Assembly (NCBI GenBank): GCA_036351155.1
Contig: JAZBOO010000091.1
Coordinates: 1-13,566, forward strand
DNA length: 13,566 bases
DNA from: Candidatus Krumholzibacteriia bacterium
GTDB lineage: Bacteria; Krumholzibacteriota; Krumholzibacteriia; LZORAL124-64-63
Direction: 5' to 3'
Shown here: one piece after another, positions 1-7,157 of the stretch
Position numbering within the stretch: position 1 is the stretch's first letter
How the letters are laid out: every line of letters begins with the position of its first letter
The notes under the pieces: generated by a model
Databases searched by the model: none
Seen by the model: only the letters and a program-made list of their open reading frames with translations
What the model was told of the DNA's origin: nothing
Program-made: the position numbers and the translations under genes

Positions 1-1878
1 CACCACCTTGTCCTTCATGCGCATTTTCATACGGTCGGACCAGAAGTGGTAGTGGGGCTTGGCCCGGTCGCAGGACGTCATGCGGCCGCCACAGATCTTC
101 AGGGTGGTGTCGGGAAAGCGGCGGATCTCATCGCCCACGTAATAATAGTTGTCGAACGTGGTCACACCCTGCTGCACGGCCCCCGTCTTGTGCTTGAAGT
201 TGTAGCCGAGGTTTTCCCCGGCGATGTTCTCGGTGTCTTCCACCAGAGGCTCGCCCTCGGCATACAGCTCCCGGTTCTGGGTATCCAGGGAGATGTGCTG
301 GGCCGTCAGCTTCATCGACCCGTAAACCAGCTGGCCATCCTGCCGGATGTCGATGTCCTTGTCCTTCATGTTGAATTCAACGCTGCCCCCGCTGTACTTC
401 ACGTCCTCGGCACTGGCCAGGAAGCTCATGTTGGCCTCGGTGGTGTCGAAACCGGCCACCGCCAGGCTGTCGAAGGCCGCCGTCAGCAGCGAGTCCATCA
501 TGGCGGTGGGCAAGGTGGCAAAGGCCGTGTCCACCCCGGCGGCCAGCAAGGTGTCGGCCACCGCAGCACTGTCGGCTTGGCCGCTGCGCATCATGCCGGC
601 CAGCCTCATCCCCTGCCCCAGCATTTCCCGCATGGCCGCCACCCGGGCGAACTTGTAGTTGCCCGCCATGTTGCCCCGCACGTCCACCAGATAAACCTGC
701 TCGTTCCGGAAACTGATGATGATGGTGTCTCCGGTCACATCGTTGGTGGCCACCTCGGCGTCCAGATCCAGCGGCGTGTAAATACTACGTGCGTTGCCCA
801 CCACCACTGTGCGGTCGATCTTCTCGTTCTCGAACTCGACGGAAATGGAATCGCCCTCCAGCACATCCATCTCGGGCAGGCCCTTGTAGATCTCGGCCAG
901 GCTGTCGGGCGCGGCATCCTCCATGCGGGCCGCTCCGGTCAGGATGACCCGGCGCAGTTCTCCACCGTGGTACAGGATGGTGATATTCTGGCCGTACATG
1001 GTGTTGCCCTCGGCCATGGAGACCTGGGGGCTTCCCGTCAACACCATGCGCTCGCGCCCATGGGCCACCGCGGTGTCGGCCTCGGCCAGGGTGGTGCCCT
1101 GCCTGATCCGCACCGAGTCGGTCATGACCACCCGATCTTCGTTCCGGTAGAAGAACATGCGGCCGGCCTCACTGACCAGTGGGCTGCCGCCCTCTTCTCG
1201 GCTGATCAGGACCGGGTCGCGGTCCACCTCGGCCACATCGCCGGTGGCCGAGAAGGTGGCATGGCGGCCGGTGACCAGGTTCTTGGCCCCCGGTTCCATG
1301 ATCTTCACATTTCCGAAGGCTTCGCCGCTGCCGGTCAACCGATCACGGGCAATGGTGTCGCCCCGTACCGAGTAATCGGGAGCCACCAGCAAGGCGTCGC
1401 CGATCAGCTGCACAAAGCGGCCGTCCTGGCGGGACTCGCCCCGCCGACCGGTGCCGATCATGTCTCCGTCCACCAGCCGGACATCCCCGAAGAAATCGCC
1501 CGCCCCCACCAGGCGGTCGTAGGTGCCCCGGTTGCAGGTCAGAACGCTGCTGTCGCGCGTGATCACGACATTTCCGAAGAAACGATAAAATTCGCGGTCG
1601 CGGTAATAATGGGCGGTGTCGCTACGGGCGGTGAGGCTGTCGCGGTCGATGTAGACATTTCCGAGCATGTACGAAACGGGTTCACCGTTCACCATGCGGT
1701 CGATGAACCGCTCGGCCTTGAGACGGGAGGCCGGGCGCGACCCGGCGGACTGGGCAATGGCCGCTCCTTTGCCCGGCCAGACGGCACCCAGCGCACCGAC
1801 CACCAGGACCAGAGACACCAGCCAGCGGGCCAGAACCACGGGGGCTTTTCGTCCTCGCAATGCCCGGGGCCAGGTCAT
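1..1878 (-). CDS. lptD: Putative LPS assembly protein LptD with a long N-terminal OstA/LptA-like beta-jellyroll extension (partial; 626 codons visible, 3' end beyond the window)
   Basis: Manual translation; absent from the ORF track because there is no stop in the window. ATG at 1878 overlaps the ROK TGA (ATGA) and the frame stays open to base 1. The N-terminus is signal-peptide-like (MTWPRALRGRKAPVVLARWLVSLVLVVGALGAV...AIAQ). It has repeated jellyroll-type motifs (LGNVYI, FGNVVI, FGDVRL, FGNVKI, VGNARS). The last ~134 visible aa look like an LptD N-domain: VKYSGGSVEFN...LTAQHISLD...LYAEGEP...GYNFKHKTG...GRMTSCDRAKPHYHFWSDRMKMRMKDKVV. The beta-barrel is not visible. Confidence 0.8.
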   Translation of the reverse strand, partial: MTWPRALRGRKAPVVLARWLVSLVLVVGALGAVWPGKGAAIAQSAGSRPASRLKAERFIDRMVNGEPVSYMLGNVYIDRDSLTARSDTAHYYRDREFYRFFGNVVITRDSSVLTCNRGTYDRLVGAGDFFGDVRLVDGDMIGTGRRGESRQDGRFVQLIGDALLVAPDYSVRGDTIARDRLTGSGEAFGNVKIMEPGAKNLVTGRHATFSATGDVAEVDRDPVLISREEGGSPLVSEAGRMFFYRNEDRVVMTDSVRIRQGTTLAEADTAVAHGRERMVLTGSPQVSMAEGNTMYGQNITILYHGGELRRVILTGAARMEDAAPDSLAEIYKGLPEMDVLEGDSISVEFENEKIDRTVVVGNARSIYTPLDLDAEVATNDVTGDTIIISFRNEQVYLVDVRGNMAGNYKFARVAAMREMLGQGMRLAGMMRSGQADSAAVADTLLAAGVDTAFATLPTAMMDSLLTAAFDSLAVAGFDTTEANMSFLASAEDVKYSGGSVEFNMKDKDIDIRQDGQLVYGSMKLTAQHISLDTQNRELYAEGEPLVEDTENIAGENLGYNFKHKTGAVQQGVTTFDNYYYVGDEIRRFPDTTLKICGGRMTSCDRAKPHYHFWSDRMKMRMKDKVV

Positions 1879-2840
1879 GCTTCAGGCTGCCCGGCTCCGG
1901 CCTGGCGAGCCAGGGCGGCGGCTCCCACTGCGGCGGCCAGGCTCCCCAGCTCGGCCATCACCACCGGAGTGCGTGCGGCTTCTCGGCTCAGAACCATGGG
2001 CGGGAACGTCGCGCGGCAAGGGGCCAGGATATGCTCGCCCGCCCGGGCCACTCCACCGCCGACAATGACGCGGTCGGGATCCAGGATATTGATCAGGTTC
2101 CCCACAGCCTGGCCCAGCTTTTCGCCTGCCCAGGCAAACAGCTCCTTGGCCGTGGTCTGGCCCTGGTCCGCCAGTCCGGTCAGGTGACGCGTCGTCAGAC
2201 CGCTGCCGTGGTTCTCCACAAACTGGCGAAATTCTTCCGGTGTGGCCGGGTCGGCAGCCAGTTCCCGCGCCCGCTGCAGTATTCCCGTGCTGCCGGCGTA
2301 CGCTTCCAGGCAACCCCGGTTTCCGCAGGCGCACGGGGGTCCATCGGGGTCCAGCATGGTGTGGCCAATTTCTCCCGCCCCGTGGTGGCTGCCCACCAGC
2401 AGCTTGCCATCCAGGATGATGCCTCCACCGACACCCGTCCCCAGGGCAATCATGACCAGGTTGGCACAACCGCGGCCCGCCCCCTGGCAATACTCGCCGT
2501 ACAGGGCTCCGTTGACATCGTTGACCAGGGTCAGGGGCAAGCCGTTCAGGACGGAAGTGACGATCTCGCCCAGCGGCGAGTCCTGCCAGCCGGGCAGGTT
2601 CGGCGAGCGGCCCAGGGTCCCCTGCACCGGATCGATGATCCCGGCACAGGCCATGCCCATGGCCTTCAGCCGCGGCAGGTAGCCGGCCACGGCCTGGCTC
2701 AGTCGCTGCATGCTGGCGGTGACGCTCTGGGGATCGGTGGGCACCTCGCCGTCAAAAACCACACGGCCATCGCCCTCGGTGACCACGAACTTGATGCCGG
2801 TGCCACCGGTGTCGATTCCCAGGTACAGTGCGTCAGCCAT
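1875..2840 (-). CDS. ROK-family sugar kinase (glucokinase-like)
   Basis: Motifs GIDTGGT, NDVNGALYGE, GTGVGGGII, AGEIGH and the Zn-binding CACGNRGCLEAYAG. No N-terminal HTH, so a kinase rather than a repressor. AGGAGG at 2848-2853 favours the ATG at 2840 (alternative 2843). Substrate cannot be determined. Confidence 0.92.
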   Translation of the reverse strand: MADALYLGIDTGGTGIKFVVTEGDGRVVFDGEVPTDPQSVTASMQRLSQAVAGYLPRLKAMGMACAGIIDPVQGTLGRSPNLPGWQDSPLGEIVTSVLNGLPLTLVNDVNGALYGEYCQGAGRGCANLVMIALGTGVGGGIILDGKLLVGSHHGAGEIGHTMLDPDGPPCACGNRGCLEAYAGSTGILQRARELAADPATPEEFRQFVENHGSGLTTRHLTGLADQGQTTAKELFAWAGEKLGQAVGNLINILDPDRVIVGGGVARAGEHILAPCRATFPPMVLSREAARTPVVMAELGSLAAAVGAAALARQAGAGQPEA

Positions 2841-4311
2841 CATCGCTCCTCCTCTTGCCCAGGCGGGTCAAGACGTTGCCGGCCTCGGACACCTCCCGGG
2901 TCGCCTCCAGCTGGGAGAATCCCAGCTTGTACAGAACCTCCGCCACCGTGAAGCAGCTGCCGGTCACCAGAACCCGATCCTCGGGATTCAGATCGGTGGC
3001 CAGACGGGCCAGGGCCGCCGCCATATCCGGGGCCACCGTGCAGGGGGGCAGTTTCTCATCGCCGCCAGGGTGAAAGTCCCATGGCCTGTGGCCCCAGCTG
3101 GTGAACAGAGTCTGAAGTTCCTCCACCGAGCGTGAACGGGGCAGGGAAACCGGGGCGCCCATCAGGTGGTCGAACTGCCCGATGATTTCGGCCAGCTCCG
3201 GGGCGATGTCCTTGTCGTACATGGCCCCGTAGAGCAGGATGTTGCGCCCACCACCACCGCCCGCCAGGAACTCCCGCAATATGCCGCCCAGAGCCTGGGT
3301 ATTGTGACCGGTGTCGAAAAACCAGTCAGGGTTCCTCAGAACCTGCTGGTACCGCCCCGGCAGAAAAAGATTCCCCAGTGAGGCCGGAATATTCCGGGGG
3401 AGCAACTTTTCCTGACGCTGGATCTCCAGCTCGGTCAGGGTCAGCAAGCCCAGGGCCAGGTTGCGGCGCATCACCGCCGTTCCCGGGTCGGGCAACCCGC
3501 TGAGAATCCGATCCCGCAAGGTCAGGTCCCAGGTGCAGACATTGCCCTGCCAGGGAGAGCCGGCCTTCCAGCGGGCGATCTCATCGAGAAAGTGACAGGG
3601 ACTGCCCGCCTGCACGGCGGCCGTGAACACCTGCCCCCGCAGTTCCTCGTCCACCCCGCAGAACAGAGGGACCCCCTTCTTGAGGAGGCCCAGCTTTTCC
3701 TCGGCGATTTCGGGCAGGGTCTCGCCCAGAATGCGCTGGTGATCCAGACCCACGGTGGTCAACAGCGTGGCGATGGCCGGCAGGGCATTGGAGGCATCCA
3801 GCCGCCCCCCCAGCCCTGTTTCGCAGCAGAAGTAGTCCACTTTCTCGTCGCGGGCATACTGAACCGCAATGGCGGTGAGGGTTTCGAACCAGCTGGCCTC
3901 GTGCTTCTCGGTCAGGGGCCGGATGTCCTGGACTCGCCGAGCAAATTCGTCGCCGTCGATGGGCTGGTCGTTGATCTGGATCCGTTCATGAACATTGAGC
4001 AGGTGGGGACTGGTGTAGACAGCCACCTTGTGGCCGGCATCCTGGAGCAGGCGAGCCAGCACCCGGGTGGTGCTGCCCTTGCCGTTGGTCCCGGCGATGA
4101 CCAGTGTGCGCAGGTCCCTTTCCGGATGCCCCAGACCATCCAGCAATCCCTCGATACGGGTCAAACCGGGACGGATCCCGAATCGGTTGAGTCCGAACAG
4201 CCACCGGGTGGGTTCGTCCCCCGCGGTGAACGGAGGAGATAGGTCCACGCCCACACCCGGTTCACCCGGATGTGCGCGTCCGTTGTCGGGATTTCCCCGG
4301 CCCAGCCCCAT
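2833..4311 (-). CDS. folC: Bifunctional folylpolyglutamate synthase / dihydrofolate synthase
   Basis: IAGTNGKGST P-loop, YTSPHL..VHERI, SWFETLT, ETGLGGRLDASN, GLDH..ILG, PGR, DTGHN, LVTGS. Lies directly after accD, a known synteny. The start is uncertain: ATG 4311, or a GTG about 20 codons downstream. Confidence 0.92.
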   Translation of the reverse strand: MGLGRGNPDNGRAHPGEPGVGVDLSPPFTAGDEPTRWLFGLNRFGIRPGLTRIEGLLDGLGHPERDLRTLVIAGTNGKGSTTRVLARLLQDAGHKVAVYTSPHLLNVHERIQINDQPIDGDEFARRVQDIRPLTEKHEASWFETLTAIAVQYARDEKVDYFCCETGLGGRLDASNALPAIATLLTTVGLDHQRILGETLPEIAEEKLGLLKKGVPLFCGVDEELRGQVFTAAVQAGSPCHFLDEIARWKAGSPWQGNVCTWDLTLRDRILSGLPDPGTAVMRRNLALGLLTLTELEIQRQEKLLPRNIPASLGNLFLPGRYQQVLRNPDWFFDTGHNTQALGGILREFLAGGGGGRNILLYGAMYDKDIAPELAEIIGQFDHLMGAPVSLPRSRSVEELQTLFTSWGHRPWDFHPGGDEKLPPCTVAPDMAAALARLATDLNPEDRVLVTGSCFTVAEVLYKLGFSQLEATREVSEAGNVLTRLGKRRSDDG

Positions 4312-4317
4312 GCGGGG

Positions 4318-5199
4318 TCAGCCTCGTGGCGGCCGACGCACCGACACATCGCGGCCATCGACAAACCAGTGCAGAGTCTTGGTCAGCGTTTCCTTCAGAT
4401 CTTTCCGCTCGCTGATCACGTCCACCATTCCGTGTTCCAGCAGGAACTCGGAAGACTGGAACCCCTCGGGCAGGTCGCCCCCGATGGTCTGCTTGATGAC
4501 CCTGGGCCCGGCAAAGCCGATCAGGGCACCGGGCTCGGCCACATTGATGTCTCCCAGCGTGGCGTAGCTGGCCGTGACCCCACCGGTGGTGGGATTGGTC
4601 AGGAGGCTGATGAAGGGAATCCCTTCGTTGCGCAGCCGGGCCAGCACGGCGCTGGTCTTGGCCATCTGCATCAACGAAAGCAGGGACTCCTGCATGCGGG
4701 CCCCACCGCTGCGGCTGAGGATGATGGCCGCCTCGCGGTACTTCAGGGAATCGAGCAGCGCGCGGGCAATCTTCTCGCCCACCACCGAGCCCATGCTGCC
4801 CCCCATGAAGGTGAAGTCCATGATGGAAACCGACACGGGGATGAGTCCGACCTGAGCCCGGCCCGTGATCACCGCATCCTCCTTGCCCGTTTTCTGGATG
4901 GAGGCCTTGATGCGGTCCTTGTAGCGCTTGGAATCCTTGAAGTCGAGGGCATCCTTGCTGGTCAGCCCCCGATGGGTTTCCTGCCAGCTGCCCTCGTCGA
5001 AGAGCAGCTCGATATACTGTTCCGTGGTGAAGGGCAGATGGTGCCCACAGGAGCCGCAGACCCAGAGGTTGCGGTCCAGCTCACGGTGGTAAAGCACCTC
5101 GGAACATTTGGGGCACTTGCGCCACAGGTTGTCCGGGATGTCCTTCTTCTCGCGGGTCAAGGCCTTGATACCCTTGGCAGCCTGAGTCAACCAGGACAC
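4318..5199 (-). CDS. accD: Acetyl-CoA carboxylase carboxyltransferase beta subunit
   Basis: Zinc finger LWRKCPKC...VCGSCGHH, DFTFMGGSMGSVVGEKI, SGGARMQES, PTTGGVTAS, IGFAGPRVI, LPEGFQSSEFLLEHGMVD. GTG start at 5199 chosen from a strong SD AAGGAGGA at 5204-5211 (the ORF track starts at 5256). Confidence 0.97.
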   Translation of the reverse strand: MSWLTQAAKGIKALTREKKDIPDNLWRKCPKCSEVLYHRELDRNLWVCGSCGHHLPFTTEQYIELLFDEGSWQETHRGLTSKDALDFKDSKRYKDRIKASIQKTGKEDAVITGRAQVGLIPVSVSIMDFTFMGGSMGSVVGEKIARALLDSLKYREAAIILSRSGGARMQESLLSLMQMAKTSAVLARLRNEGIPFISLLTNPTTGGVTASYATLGDINVAEPGALIGFAGPRVIKQTIGGDLPEGFQSSEFLLEHGMVDVISERKDLKETLTKTLHWFVDGRDVSVRRPPRG

Positions 5200-5311
5200 G
5201 GCGTCCTCCTTGGCAAAGTATTTCCTGCCCCGGAACCACTGCCGGGCAACGGGCATGGAAAAGCGACCGGTTCGGGACCATCCGAATCGGACTGCGTGTA
5301 AATCTTCTGCT

Positions 5312-5341
5312 AAATTAGCCCCTGTCCCCGGTTCGGGACAA
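5312..5341 (-). promoter_or_regulatory. Candidate sigma70-type promoter for accD-folC-ROK-lptD
   Basis: Minus strand reads TTGTCC (5341-5336), 18 nt, TAATTT (5317-5312), in the AT-richer part of the only large gap in the minus-strand block. Pattern match only. Confidence 0.35.
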
Positions 5342-5355
5342 CAACTAATCGTCCC

Positions 5356-5832
5356 TCACTCTTCCTCCAGGGCGTTCAGGGGAGCGGTCATGATGATGGC
5401 GTCCTCCCCGTTATCCTGGTAATAACCCGGCCGGATCCCGACCTCGGCAAACCCCAGGCGGGTGTAGAAGGCCCGGGCCGACGTGTTGCTATCCCTCACC
5501 TCGAGGGTGATTTCTTCCACTCCCCGCAGCTTTCCCAGCCCCGCCGCCCGCCGGAGCAAGGCCGTCCCCACCCCCCGGCGCAGATGGGTGTGGGCCGTGG
5601 CGATGTTCAGGATATGCAACTGATCAGCCACCACCCAGGCCATCAGGTATCCGCAAATCACGCCGTGACTTGTGGCCACCAGGGGCAGGCGCATGTGGTC
5701 GGTGTGCAGCTCCCCGTAAAGAGCATCGGCGGACCAAGGGTCGGTGAAGCTCCGGTTTTCAATCCGCAGCACCACCGCCAGGTCGGCCGGGTCGGCCTTC
5801 CGGATCTCCAGGTCCTGCCCCGCGCTGTTCAA
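5356..5832 (-). CDS. rimI: Ribosomal protein S18-alanine N-acetyltransferase (GNAT)
   Basis: IENRSFTDPWS, LHILNIA, RRGVGTALL, ITLEVRDSNTSARAFY..LGF..VGIRPGYY...GEDAIIM. TTG start overlaps the tsaB stop (TTGA). Classic tsaB-rimI order. Confidence 0.93.
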   Translation of the reverse strand: MNSAGQDLEIRKADPADLAVVLRIENRSFTDPWSADALYGELHTDHMRLPLVATSHGVICGYLMAWVVADQLHILNIATAHTHLRRGVGTALLRRAAGLGKLRGVEEITLEVRDSNTSARAFYTRLGFAEVGIRPGYYQDNGEDAIIMTAPLNALEEE

Positions 5833-6620
5833 GGGGCATCCTTGCGGCTCTGGTGGATGGAAATGTCCGTCCCCGGAATCTTGGGGGTGAGGTTCAGCTG
5901 CCGCTTGACCTCGGCATCGGATCCGCGCAGGTAACTGGGCACCATGGCAAAGGGGTGTACCGGGGCCAGCAGGTCCGCCCCCGCGGAGGCGGCCACCGCC
6001 AGGGCCGGCGCCGTGGCCGGGTGGGAGGATGTCCAGGGACGGACCTGGGGCATCCCCTGCTGAGCCAGCTCGGGGCGCAGAGTTTCGCCCTGGCCCAGCA
6101 AGATGCCGGTGCCGTCTCCCCCGTAGGCCGGACTGTTGGGGTCATCCAGGGTCAAGAGCAGATGTTCCCACCAGGCATCGGGTTTCCGGGCCGATGGTGA
6201 GACACAGCATTCCACCCAGGAGCCCGACCGCTTGTAAACTCCGGCAAAAACCTCACCACGCCGGGCGTCCAGCACGGGAACCGCCCACGTGGCCTCGGAA
6301 TGCTCGGCCAGCAGGGCCGCGGCCATGGCTTCCAGGCTGGTCACCCCGAAAAGCTCGCAGCCCAGTCCCCAGGCCAGCCCCTTCCCGGTGGCCACGCCGA
6401 TGCGCACCCCGGTGAAGCTGCCCGGCCCCGTGGTCACGGCCACCCGGCGCAGATCCCGGCGATCCTTCCCGGCCGCGGTCAGCATCTCGTTGACCACCAC
6501 CAGCAGGGCGTCGGCATAGCTGCCGCTGACATTCAGGGGCCGGTATTCCAGCAGCTGGCCATTCTCGGCCAGGGCGAAACGCCCATTCAAGGTGGCGGTG
6601 TCGAAGGCCAGGGTCAGCAT
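5829..6620 (-). CDS. tsaB: tRNA threonylcarbamoyladenosine biosynthesis protein TsaB (YeaZ)
   Basis: MLTLAFDTAT start, VTTGPGSFTGVRIGVATGKGLA, GVTSLEAMA, DARRGEVF, PSYLR. ATG at 6620 with upstream AAGGA overlaps the end of tsaE. The ORF-track extension to 6785 lies inside tsaE. Confidence 0.95.
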   Translation of the reverse strand: MLTLAFDTATLNGRFALAENGQLLEYRPLNVSGSYADALLVVVNEMLTAAGKDRRDLRRVAVTTGPGSFTGVRIGVATGKGLAWGLGCELFGVTSLEAMAAALLAEHSEATWAVPVLDARRGEVFAGVYKRSGSWVECCVSPSARKPDAWWEHLLLTLDDPNSPAYGGDGTGILLGQGETLRPELAQQGMPQVRPWTSSHPATAPALAVAASAGADLLAPVHPFAMVPSYLRGSDAEVKRQLNLTPKIPGTDISIHQSRKDAP

Positions 6621-7153
6621 GAGCCATCCTTTTCCAGGCGATCCAGCAGTTCTTGCCAGTGCTCTGTCAGGTGAGGTACTCCCCGGATGTGCCAGGTGCG
6701 ATCCTCGGGTCCGGGGCCGGTTTCCACCATCATCTCCAGGCGGGGCTGATCGGGCCCCAGTTCCTCCATCAGGGGCAGGGGCCATTCCACCAGGAGGACG
6801 GCGCGTCCGTCCCAGACTTCGTCCAGGATGTCCGGCACGCCGATGTCCGCCAGATCATCCCCTTCGGCCACGCGATAAAAATCCAGGTGATGCACCCGGA
6901 GACGTCCTTCGTAGGTGTTGACCAGAGTGAAAGTGGGGGAAACCACTTCCTCGGCCACCTTCAAGGCGCCACACAGCCCCTGCACGAAGCAGGTCTTGCC
7001 CGCCCCGAGGGGACCGGTCAGCAGGATGATATCCCCACCCTTCAGAATGTCTGCCACGGCCGCACCCCAGCCGGTCGTCCCGGCCACGGAGGGGACGCTC
7101 AGGTGGTGGCTGAAATCGCCGGCAGATTGGGTTGTCCTCGGACCCATGCTCAT
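6614..7153 (-). CDS. tsaE: tRNA threonylcarbamoyladenosine biosynthesis ATPase TsaE (YjeE)
   Basis: LLTGPLGAGKTCFVQG Walker A, VVSPTFTLVNTY, HLDFYRV, LVEWP. Alternative start at 7147. Confidence 0.95.
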   Translation of the reverse strand: MSMGPRTTQSAGDFSHHLSVPSVAGTTGWGAAVADILKGGDIILLTGPLGAGKTCFVQGLCGALKVAEEVVSPTFTLVNTYEGRLRVHHLDFYRVAEGDDLADIGVPDILDEVWDGRAVLLVEWPLPLMEELGPDQPRLEMMVETGPGPEDRTWHIRGVPHLTEHWQELLDRLEKDGSC

Positions 7154-7157
7154 GGGG

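Noticed and set aside
46..2187. 713-aa plus-strand ORF
   Set aside because: Codon-aligned antisense shadow of lptD/ROK. It is His/Gly/Val-rich with no motifs, which is typical of high-GC genomes where the antisense frame lacks stops.
5267..5339. 12-bp direct repeat as a CRISPR remnant or insertion target-site duplication
   Set aside because: Only two short copies, and no cas, transposase or integrase gene in the window.
5356..7153. Absence of tsaD and tsaC beside tsaE-tsaB, and of accA beside accD
   Set aside because: These genes are often encoded elsewhere, so absence from a 13.5-kb window is uninformative.
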